Source: Octopus bimaculoides
Taxonomy: Eukaryota
Length of the DNA: 64,000 bases
Assembly (NCBI RefSeq): GCF_001194135.2
Contig: NC_068984.1
Span: 53,396,291 to 53,460,290, forward strand
Direction of reading: 5' to 3'
In this document: in pieces, positions 1 through 10,152 of the stretch
Layout of the letters: each line of letters opens with the position of its first letter
How positions within the stretch are numbered: the stretch's first letter is position 1
Notes under the pieces: model-generated
Database searches by the model: none
Seen by the model: only the letters and a program-made list of their open reading frames with translations
Told to the model about the DNA's origin: nothing
Program-made: the position numbers and the translations under genes

Positions 1-590
1 CTCGACTGAGTCCATTGTCAAGATTGTACCACCTCCCTCCTTTAACAAGGAAAGGAAGGTAGCTTTTGCCTGCATAGTAGCTATAGTGAAAGAGACAGTA
101 TGGAGGACATGTGACAAAAGGGATTGAGACAGGCTACTTTATCTCTGGACAGGGGTTGGTAAGTTGGTTCAACTTCCACCTCATGACCAAGATCTGACTG
201 GAGAGAAAGTGTCTGCCTCACAGCATATATGAGAAAAGATGGATAAATGTGGTAAGAAAGTTACGTATGTATAGGGCTGTGCTAGTGTAGCCGGTCAAAA
301 CAAGGAAGAAGGAGGAAAATGCTTTTTCTCAGCCCAAAAAACGAAAACGAATGGTTCAAACTGGTGGGTTGAAATAAATCCAGGGGAAATTCTATACAAC
401 TGAATATATGTTTTATTTTTAACTATATAATCTATTAATTCATAATTTTTAACTTATAATGATTTATATTATAGTTTTCATCCAACACCACGACCCCTCC
501 CCCTGTAAGACTGTCCGTTGTTTGTCCCTGACGCCAACCTTTTATTTTATTTTATATCTATGTATGCCATTATTGGCAATAAAGAAATTA
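1..590 (+). mobile_element. 3' end of a decayed Tx1/L1-clade LINE (ORF2 C-terminus plus 3' UTR)
   Basis: Frameshifted translation AIVKETVWRT / KGIETGYFISGQGLVSWFNFHLMTKI*LERKCLPHSIYEKRWINVVRKLRMY resembles the Tx1 ORF2 tail (W..R...F..K.R.ER......F..RW). A 3' UTR ends near caataaagaaa (about 577-587). Confidence 0.5.
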
Positions 591-1622
591 CTCCTAAATG
601 AGATGCAGGAGGTCGCTAGTAGCCCATCACCTGTTTAAGAGTGCACACCCGTTCAAACGATCCCTCTTTTCCTAACTTCTTCGAGACGCAACAAGGTCCA
701 CTGCGGAAGAGAGAGCCAGGTACATGAATTTGATATCTAATTCTTACCAGTAGCTCACTATGGTATTCTACATCTAGTGCTTGTGGAAAGTAAATCTCAT
801 AGCTTGAATTACTTCTATTTACTCAATGTTATCATGGAACATGGCAAGTCATTCAAAACGTTTTCTTCATCCCAGATAACTTTATTGAACACTGGATACC
901 CACTGTATGCATTAGTTTGTCACGCATCGGACTAAGACCTTGAATGTAAAGCTATTCGCACAGAATGTATTGTTGTTTGCTGCACAAAGGTATTTTATGG
1001 CTATTGGTTTAATGACTCAGTCCACTTATTAAAGTGTTGACGTTTTTATTAGCGACATACCTTGTTAAAAATGGAAAGAATTATAAATTACTGATATGAC
1101 AAACTCTCACATTGACATGAATGCATGAATCTCCAGTTGTCTGATCAAATGGACAATCTATTCACTCAATTAACATGGAAAGTGAATGTATCTTGATTGT
1201 AGATCTCAAGTGGAATTAGTGTGACACAGGTGGGTAGCAAGGCTGAACTTTTCCTAATCGATACCCCCTCACCCACAAAACCAGACTGGTTCAAACTAGG
1301 GCAAAAACCTGCCACACATTTATATGATACAACTGTCCTTATACATACACATCACATGACCATACCAGTGCAGTCTTTTCTCTTGCACACTACTCATATA
1401 TCTGGTGCCTCTTATACCCATCCAATGGGCTTCCATACAGTTTCTGTTTTCTTAAATTCACCCACAAGAATTGGGTCAATCTGAGGCTATAATAAATGTA
1501 TTTGCCCAAGATCTGTCCCAGTGGACTTCTTAACTACTCAGCCATGTCTACATCCACATTATTGATATAAACATATGTGTGTGTGTGTACATAATTAGCA
1601 TACTCAATGACTCCCAATGATA

Positions 1623-1880
1623 TCATCATCATCATCACCATCATCCTTTAATGTCCATTTTCCATGCTGGCATGGGTTTTGGACAGTCTGACCAGAGCTG
1701 GCAAGCTAGAGAGCTGCGTTATGTTCTAATCTGATTTAGCTTGGTTTCTACAACTGGATGCCCATCCTAACACCAACCACTTTAGAGTGTGTGCTGGGTG
1801 CTTTTAACATGGCACTGGAATGAGCACTTCTATGTAGCACTGGCACGAGTGCTTTTTATGTGGCACTGGCACAGGACACT
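1623..1880 (-). mobile_element. RTE-LINE 3' UTR copy with (GAT)n tail
   Basis: (CAT)n followed by the reverse complement of the ggaagggcatccagctgtagaaac...ccatgctagcatggaaagcggacgttaaacgatgatg family seen many times in the window. Confidence 0.6.
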
Positions 1881-2744
1881 TGCAGGCCAATCCTCTTCAT
1901 CAGGAGGGGTGGCCTTAACACTTCTGCTGTGGATCATGGGTCTTCTTGCATAGGATGGGTCTTCATTAAAAAAAATTTAACCATGGTAGTTTACAGTGCT
2001 CCAGAACCGCTAAATGAAGAAATTTATTTTACTCGCCCTAGATGCATTGCAGAGCATAAATTCTAGATTCATCCTTACCTTATACCTAGTTCCCAATAGT
2101 TTCCATCAGTATTAGAACTGTAACTTTGAATGGAATTGAAAGATCATAAAAATTGACCACAAAGAATTGTTGATAACAGGCAATTCAAAACCTGAGTATT
2201 TTCAAAAATATTGATAGCAATTCAGTAGAAGTAAGAACAGGTGATAAGAATTTAATAGGTCATTAGTGTATCTGTTACATATTTTGCATTTCTGATTAGA
2301 ATATAACATTAATGTTTTGCTTTGATTACAAATTATTAAGTTCTTGTAATTTTGGTCATAGAATATAACAAACCCCCCAAAAAATATTGCCCAACATAAA
2401 ATTTATAATAGACAGATATAAACTGATGATGGCGATGATGATGATGATGATGATTCCATTAAACAGCAGTGGTCAAAAGTTTGGAACATTTAAAAAAAAA
2501 TTAAATCTATTATGCCCATGTACAGTTTGCAAAATTACAGGAAGTCATGTGACCTGCATCAATCATAACTAAAATAAAAATTTTATAGACACCCACTATA
2601 TTACTGTAAGTAGTAATAATATACTGCAAATTAAATATAACTTGGAGTATTTAATATAAAAATTCTAATTTTCAGACCTATGTTCCAAACTTTTGGCCAT
2701 GACTGTATGTTTATTGTTCTTACAGTTCAATGTTGAATACTCAC

Positions 2745-2803
2745 CCTCGCTTTCTTGATCTGCAGTAATTCTTTCTGTTTCTGCTTTGATTTCTTTTTGT
2801 AAA
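2745..2803 (-). CDS. C6orf118: Gene A (C6orf118-like) coding exon 4
   Basis: Acceptor tctttgcag|, donor |gtgagt. The 59-nt exon completes the phase-2 codon from exon 3 (AG|T = Ser) and reads LQKEIKAETERITADQESE, continuing the coiled coil. Confidence 0.75.
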
Positions 2804-3109
2804 CTGCAAAGAATGACAACAAAAAATCATAGGATGTAAGTTAAGCAGCCAAAATTAAAAAAAAAAAAAGAAAGGAATCAAAACTAGTCCAAAGAAACTT
2901 ATAGTGGTCTGCATAGAATTTGGTAAATTTTGATAAGCTTGTACATTGTTGGGTGAGGGGTGAGAGTACTGATGTTTTGAACAAAGCCCTTCTTTGGAGT
3001 GAAAAGTGGGAGAGAAAGAGAGAGTGAGTGATGATGATAGGAGTTAATGATAGACTGCACTATTTGAGGGTGATGAAAGGAATCAGTCACTTGGCAGAGT
3101 CGACATGAT

Positions 3110-3382
3110 CACCTGACTGGCTCCCGTGCCGATGGCATGTAAAAAGCACCAAATGATTGTGACCAATGCCAGTACCCGCTGACTGGCTCCTGTACCGGTG
3201 GCACGTAAAAAGCATCCACTACGCTCTCGGAGTGGTTGGCATTAGGAAAGGCATCCAGCTGTAGAAACATTGCTAGATCAGATTGGAGGCTGGTGCAGCT
3301 GCTGGCTCTCCAGACCTCAGTCAAACCATCCAACCCCATGCCAGCATGGAAAACAGACATTAAACGATGATGATGATGATGA

Positions 3383-3385
<3 letters not shown>
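3110..3385 (+). mobile_element. RTE-LINE 3' UTR copy with (GAT)n tail, followed by (TA)n/(TG)n and a SINE tail (about 3430-3660)
   Basis: Internal ~45-bp repeats (gactggctcc..gtgcc..tggca.gtaaaaagca), core ggaaaggcatccagctgtagaaac and tail aaacgatgatgatg. Confidence 0.65.
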
Positions 3386-3420
<35 letters not shown>

Positions 3421-4562
3421 GTATATATCTATGTGTGTGTGTGTGTGTGTGCATGTAACTGTACCCCCCATCACTTGACAACTGGTGCTGGTGTGTTTAT
3501 GTCCCTGTAACTTAGCGGTCTGGCAAAAGAATTGATAGAATAAGTACCAGGCTTAAAAAATAAGTCCTGGGGGCAATTTATTCAACTGAAATCCTACAAG
3601 GTGGTGCTCCAGCATGGCCGCAGTCAAATAACTGAAACAAATAAAGGAATAAAAGAGAAGAATAACCCATACGAGCATAGAAAAAGGGACATAAAATGCA
3701 TAAAACAAACGAATACACGTGTGCAAATCAGTGGCTGAGTGAAGGTGTGAAGAAATTGCAATAGTTAGGTTTGACTGAGTTACCTTCTTTTATGTTATAT
3801 ATGACTTGCTTTTATAATTCTTATGAGGTCAATAAAATAAGTCCCAGACAAAGTATTGGGGTTGGTGTAATCAATTAAAACTCTTGATTGAAAGCTGTGC
3901 TCATCCAGAGATGCAGTCTAATGACTGAAAACAGTAAAACAATAAGAACTAAAGCATCTTATCTGAATTAGATTGGTACAGAAAAAAATGTATGAAATTA
4001 CATAAAAGTTCAATATCTGTTTGAAATTATTATTTTTGCATAAATACTAGCATTATAGTGGTTTGCCCTCACAGAACTTTAATTGTTCTGTTGATTGAAC
4101 TTCAATGAAATAAACAGGTTTGTTTTTTTCTATGGAGAAGAGTTTATTGGGTCTAAGTGGCACTGTAAATATTATGAGGACTGTAGCATATCTATGAAAG
4201 TACGGTGAATTGCTTTGTCAGCAATAATCCTCACTATTGATAAGTACAGAATTATCGAAAGACTCTAGCAATAAAATTTTGACTCTTACTTATGCATCCA
4301 TCCAAACCTTATGAATATCTTTTCCTGCGTTTATGCATATCCAACCTCTTTTTAAAATTTATCTGCAAACATTCAAGCTAGTAAGTGAAAATCAATGAGG
4401 TCATTTGACTTGCTATAAATAGCAGTCAAATTTCCCTCAGACAACAACACTGGTTTCAGAGAAAAAATGGGATGGTCATGGTTGGAATATCTTTGATCAT
4501 AGGTCTGCCCAATGAGGGCTGACTTGAGCCTAAACAACAACATACAGTAATATAATTCTAAC

Positions 4563-4747
4563 CTTTTAGCTTCAAGAAAGAGATCTAACATTTCACACTC
4601 CAGTTTCTCAACTTTGATTTCAGCTTCACTCAACTGTTCATTTTGATTGGTGTGTTGTGAAGACATCTCTTGCATTTCTCCTTGTAAAACTTGGCCCTCT
4701 TTCTCATAGATATCCAGCAAATATGATATATAGTTGTCATATTCTAT
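4563..4747 (-). CDS. C6orf118: Gene A (C6orf118-like) coding exon 3
   Basis: Acceptor gtctttctaccag|, donor AAG|gttaga; phase 0 in, phase 2 out. IEYDNYISYLLDIYEKEGQVLQGEMQEM...LECEMLDLFLEAK resembles human C6orf118 DEYELYMATLLE... (recalled, not aligned). Confidence 0.8.
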
Positions 4748-5174
4748 CTGGTAGAAAGACAAACTTTTGTTAGTGTGTCTATAGACGATAAGATGTCTCT
4801 ACATATATATAGATATCTAACCTCTACACTATTATATACAGAAAATATCTTTTATATATACACACAGAAGCTGTACATGTATTCTATCCATGAAACAGGT
4901 ATTGATCCAATGAGGGAGCGTCTATGCTGTCATTCAACTTCTTAGAGGGACAACAGCCATATTTTTCTCAAATCAAACAGTATCATTTTATAAAAAAAAG
5001 GATACATTAGATAACATAGTCCTAGATATCTCTATAAAACACAAGATGGCCATGGTTGGAATGTCTTTATTCAATCAGGGCTAACCTGGTAACAATAACA
5101 ACTTTGCCTTTAAGCACATATGAACAGACACACCATGTTACGCACTACATCGTTTGATGGCCAGTCATATCGAT

Positions 5175-5426
5175 CACTGGTCCAAAACCGTTCCTGCACC
5201 ACAGACCAGTTTTATGCAAGGCAATTTTTGCCACAGACCAGTGGATCATGTATATAACAAAACACAATAAAGTGCACAATATATGATTTAATTATTACTA
5301 TATAATGTAAAAACACTCTGAAGACTTCAAATAATCAATAAAATAGAAATAAAATTAAAAAGGTCATTCCTTCTGTGCAGTGTGATGTAAAATGATCCAT
5401 GACCTGGTGGTAGTTGGGAATTCATG
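5175..5426. mobile_element. hAT-Charlie (MER1-like) non-autonomous DNA element
   Basis: Left end cactggtccaaaaccgttcctgcaccacagaccagttttatgcaaggcaatttttgccacagacc and right end ...gttgggaattcatg resemble MER1/Charlie termini. Confidence 0.5.
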
Positions 5427-5534
5427 ACATAGATTACAAGTACAGTAACACAAGAATGTATTAACAAATTATTACTTGAAATATCTAATCATTATTGTTT
5501 TCCTTCTGTGTTCTAACTGAAAATAGTAATCTAG

Positions 5535-5681
5535 ATATGGCTATGTGGTAAGAAGCTCGCTTCCCAACCACATTGTTCAGGGATAAGTCCCACTGTGTGG
5601 CACTTTGAGCTAGTGTCTTTCACTATAGCCTCAGCCTATAGTGAGTAGATTTGGTAGACGGAAACTGAAAGAAGCACATTG

Positions 5682-5714
<33 letters not shown>

Positions 5715-5860
5715 CTTTGTGTCTGTCCCCCATCACTGCTTGACAACTGGTGTTGGTGGGTTTACATTACCATAACTTAATGGTTCAGCAAGAGACTGTA
5801 AAATAAGTACTAGGCTTAAGAAAAAAACTAATTACTGGGATCGATTCATTTGACTAAAAA
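5535..5860 (+). mobile_element. tRNA-derived SINE, family A (head A + central microsatellite + tail A)
   Basis: Head tggctatgtggtaagaagctcgcttcccaaccac with a B-box-like ttcag..agtcccac, then (TA)n/(TG)n and the tail cttgacaactggtgttgg...taagtactaggctt. Other copies at 27280-27650, 38036-38350, 50730-51207 and 58590-58746. Confidence 0.7.
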
Positions 5861-6038
5861 AAAAAAACAGTGAGCACTCTTTAGTTATGTAGAGTATAAG
5901 AGGAATGTTAGCCATTTTGATCTTTTGGTTTTGGAGGGTACAACCCCTTCTTCAAGCAAATAGAAAAAAAATGCCTTTGTTTCATTATTTTATAAATTTG
6001 CATATTAAAATCTATAAATTAATTAAAAAGTGGCTTAC

Positions 6039-6167
6039 TTTGATAATGTGTAAAGCGGTACCAAACACTGGAGAATTTATGATTAAGTCATTGAAAATAT
6101 TGTTGAAGCACTGCAGTCTCTTTAGAATGTCAGATGTGGTTCCGGTTTCTGGGCAATTTTGAAGACT
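6039..6167 (-). CDS. C6orf118: Gene A (C6orf118-like) coding exon 2
   Basis: Acceptor ttaattctccag|, donor AAA|gtaagc; 129 nt, phase 0/0. SLQNCPETGTTSDILKRLQCFNNIFNDLIINSPVFGTALHIIK matches the TSNAXIP1_N-type motif RL.VF..[VI]F.D....S..FG..L..[IV]K. Confidence 0.85.
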
Positions 6168-7434
6168 CTGGAGAATTAAACCAACAAACTTGTATTTCTA
6201 ATGATGAACTGAGAAGTTAGTAAATTAATAAACAAAATGTGTGTGAATAATGTTGATTTCTTCCATAGATACAAGGTAAATTTTTGCAAAGCTGAAGAAA
6301 TACAGGTACAATACCAACTTTCAGGACACTGATGATGCGGAACCTCTGACAATCTGCATTAATTTATACTAACATACAGGTACTTGTATTTCATGTAATT
6401 ATTTAAGTAAAATCATTATTTGTTTCATTTAGAGTGTTCTGACTAAGATGATGTCACTTGGGTTTGAAAAATCAGTAACTGAGGAAGGGCTTTGAACCAA
6501 AGGTTCGAGAAAATCAATGTTGAACTTGTACAGTTATGATATTTAGTCTAGACAATTCTTTCATTTGTACTTATTTTACTGACTTTCTCTACCAATGAAT
6601 GAAGTGCTAAGTTAACAATGTCACAATTTTGATTAAATACTGAAAAAGATTTAGCTTAATATTCTATCATTTCTGCCCACTCAAGAACCTCTATGTGGTC
6701 TTTTGACCTGTGAGGAGCAATAATCAAATCTCACTCATATCTATCATTAATACAAGGAAAAATGTATGTATATGTCTGTCTGTCTGTCTATCTATCTATT
6801 TCTTCTATAAATTTCTTCACAAATTCATGCATTTTCCTAGCTCTGTTTTTATCTGCAATTTCTAATGAGACTAATCTATAAACATCATCCCAATTTCTTA
6901 TTTTATCATAATTTTGAAGTAAAAATTAACATATGGCAATGAAGTAAGCCATGTTTCTGAAAGTCTATTGCATAGATATATGTAACAGAGATTCCAAATA
7001 CATGTTGCTCCTTTAAATCATTCAGTAACACAGTAAGAAGGGCTTTGTACAATCTAGCTATTAAGTCAGGTGGCTTTTCTATGGTTTCATTTCATTTTAG
7101 ATTGTTTGAAATTTTAGGGCATATTGGGTTACAGGTGTACATTAAAAAGAAGTCAGGCTTGCTATACTTTGCTACTATTGCCATAGCTTCTTGAAAGTAA
7201 TGAGACATGTTACATGACAGCCAATGAATGAATAAGGAAGTAGACTAGTAAACCTAGTTCAAAGTTCTGACTTTCTTTAACTACAAGGTGATCTATCAGT
7301 CCACTGTACTGTGCAACTTATAGGTGAGACTGTTTGTTTCTTAGAACATATAAACAGTACTCTTCAACCAAGACATACACATCAACTAAATCATGATCAT
7401 CATCACTTAATGTCTGCTCTCCATGCTGGCATGG

Positions 7435-8050
7435 AAAGTGCACAATAATAATTTGGGATATTTTTTTCAGAAATTATTAGCTTCCTCATTATTAACATAA
7501 GAATGAAGCTTGAGTTCATTGGGATAAGGCTGCTGAAGGGAAGTCACATTTTACCTTTAAAGGCTTATTTTTTAATCTTAAAGCATCACAATGAAGACAG
7601 AATTTATTTATTTCTCTGACATTGTAGGGTTCAACATTAAATTGTTTTTTCTGAAGTTTAGGAACACCAAATCATTTCTAACATTGTTTCTCTAAGCATT
7701 TCTCAAATTAAGCAACTGATTTTTTTCTTCTGTTTTCTCATTGCATTTGATAGTTTTCTTGAAATTCTTCTTATAATTGTGTCTTCTGTTCTTCATTCAC
7801 ATTACTTCATCAAACTTCTGTCTCTTGATGTTATCACAGATGATCAACTTGCTGTTCACCATTTTTGTACTCATTTTCATATACTCTGACATTCTCGTTG
7901 GTGCTAAACATATCTTGTGCATTCATGTTAAGTTATGTTGCCTCTTCTTTGTCTCAAATTAACTCTTATTTCCTATCTTTTTTCCTTTCATTCTTCTCTT
8001 ATCTTTCTCCTGTTGTTTCAATTTCATTCCATTGTGAAAATTGTTATAAT
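7435..8050 (-). mobile_element. Ancient Helitron RepHel N-terminal fragment
   Basis: One stop-riddled frame gives an E/Q/R-rich stretch, then VEPYNVREINKFCLHCDALRLKNKP.KVKC and, after frameshifts, EEANNF/KNIPNYYCALSM. This is the same motif order as the better-preserved copy at 59265-60030. Confidence 0.55.
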
Positions 8051-8509
8051 GTTAAGTGAAAATAAAACTGAAAGTGCAAAAATTGTAGAAGAGATAAAAG
8101 ATAGTGTAAAGTGAGAATAAAATTTGCAGGGTAAAAACTTTGCCTTTTCTGATGATGGACTTGAACAATAATTGAGAGATAACTGTATTAAAAAAAAAAA
8201 AAAAAACTTTCAGTCCTTTGTTACTACTTATTTTTGAGGTGGTAAACTACTATACAAAAACCTTCAGTCAATAACACAATTAATTCTGCTGTTTGGAAGG
8301 TGACTATAAACTTCTCTGTGAAAAAAAAAAAAAAAAAAAAAAATCATGAAACCATTCCCTGCAGTGAATAAAAACAACTCACTGAAACTTAAACTATCTA
8401 ATTGATATATTGTTATGCTGATATCGTGGGTAAAATTATTATTAGTAAAACTCCCTTTGATATTTACCACATGCCAAAAATATAACTAACCTATAGCAAT
8501 ATTGAGGGA

Positions 8510-8685
8510 AGGGGGAAAGTCAGTTACAACAAACCTCAGCACTTGACTAGCATTTTATTTTACTGACTTTAAAAGGATGAAAGACAGAAGTTGACCTTAG
8601 TGGGATTTGAACTCATAATGTTAAGAGCCTTAAGAAATGTCACTAAGTATTTTGTCCAATGCTCTAACAATTCTCTAAAATTGCC
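8510..8685 (-). mobile_element. tRNA-derived SINE, family B (CpG-decayed copy)
   Basis: Reverse complement of ggcggcgagctggcagaa..gttagc...gagttcaaattcc..gaggtcgactttgcctttcatcctttcggggtcgataaaataagtaccag, with its CpGs lost. Confidence 0.6.
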
Positions 8686-8790
8686 ACTTTTTTTTTGTGA
8701 TACAATTTTTAAAAAATTAATTTTTCCTTATCATTTTATTCAGAAAGAAAAGAAATCCATTTTCTGATTAATCATTTAATAACTTGCTCA

Positions 8791-9039
8791 TTAGTTTATG
8801 ATTGATAATGAGTTTATCATGTTCAGTGGGTGTGTAGTGCTCAGCAAGCACACCCACAATGTATACTCCATCAACAAAGATACTAAAAGATGGTGGCAGA
8901 AGTCAACAGTGACAGTCACTCTTTTAATGCAGTTCAGTTTATCTGATATTTGGCTTAATGGGGTCCAGTTTAATGAAGGTTCTCTGTAATTAACTATGTG
9001 AATGAAATTGCGATTTTTTTTTAATATCAAAGAAACCAA
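8791..9039 (-). mobile_element. Possible relic of a LINE apurinic endonuclease
   Basis: FIHIVNYREPS...ISDKLNCIKRVTVTVDFCHH loosely matches the APE motifs VYRPP...IILGDFN.H. The similarity is weak. Confidence 0.3.
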
Positions 9040-9576
9040 GACAGTCAGATTATGTCAATAAACTTACAGAGGATGTGTAGCATTTTCTATATTTGAGATA
9101 AATATATTACATTTAGAAACAGATATACATTCCATCAGAGAAGCAGTTACTAACTTAGAGAGGAAGACAAGACTCTTTTATAACTGGGGTAGATGTATTA
9201 CATTTACTATAAATCTGTCATTCAAGAATAACAGATGATTATCAAGTGTTTAAGTAAGGGATGCTTAATGTATTGTATAGTACAATCTATAGATTCAGTA
9301 GGTTTTTCTCTATGCCTTTGCTTCATCAAATGGCAGCAGCAGCAAGAAAATGGATAAAGCTAGAGTTGAACTTGAGGTTATAGGAGCTTATTAATCTGGT
9401 ACCTTAACCATGTAGTCAGTTTGCCCTATATTAAGCATTACTGAAATTTTTTTCAGTGGTAAACTTAAATAATACTTTAGTATATTACTTATATTGCACA
9501 GTTTCAAATATTTACATTACAAATAAGCAAAGAATAGTGAAAGAATTTGTTTCATGGAAAAGAAATTTCTTGTTAC

Positions 9577-10152
9577 CTCTTTCAACTTCTTCAGCAGAGC
9601 GTCAACCATCCCCTTACTACTATAGGCTGTTTTCCCCACTTTTTTAGAATGCCTCAGAAAATTCCGAGATGCATTCATTGAGTTATATTGGTCTTTTTTG
9701 GTGACATCTAACATACAGCTGGAGATAAAACCGAACTTTGTCAAAGGAGGCATGAAAATTGGGGGACAGGTAAAACGAACATCTTTGAAGCCATCATTCT
9801 TGGTATTTTTCAGTGAAGTCGATGCCTTATTAAATTCCTGTGTTTGACTTTGTTTAGTGTCATGGCTAGTAAGTAATTGATCGGAATATTTTTGTTCAAT
9901 TAAAGGCAAGAATGGTAACTGTTTCTGTTTATTTGTTAAGATGTTGATTTTATTAACTTGATTGTATTGTGAATCTGTTTTCTCATCAGTTGTATAGTTT
10001 TGTTTCTTATATTGAGAAGAACTCCATGGTTGGTGCTCAGGTTTCCTTTGGACTTTGAATTGACTCAAATGAGAATTAGAGAAATAAACAGACTGTTTTT
10101 TACTAGCATCCTGAATAGAATCAAGAATTTCAGTTAACCGGTGACCTGCCAT
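9577..10152 (-). CDS. C6orf118: Gene A (C6orf118-like, TSNAXIP1_N-family coiled-coil protein) first coding exon
   Basis: 192 codons up to donor GAG|gtaaca (phase 0). ATG in aaATGG context with in-frame TAA immediately upstream; strong acceptor ttttcttttaatttcag| 60 nt upstream (exon starts 10212). Motifs L.EIL..IQ....SVYFSNSHL, FISSCMLDVTKKDQY and KGMVDALLKKLKE parallel human C6orf118 LKKLL.RLQ...VYLYISGHL, YVSSYLAGATSADRY and KAAAGHERKLQQE (recalled). Confidence 0.8.

Noticed and set aside
2079-2190. Strong donor (AAG|gtaagg at 2078) as the next gene A exon
   Set aside because: Both nearby acceptors give in-frame stops in the required phase 1.
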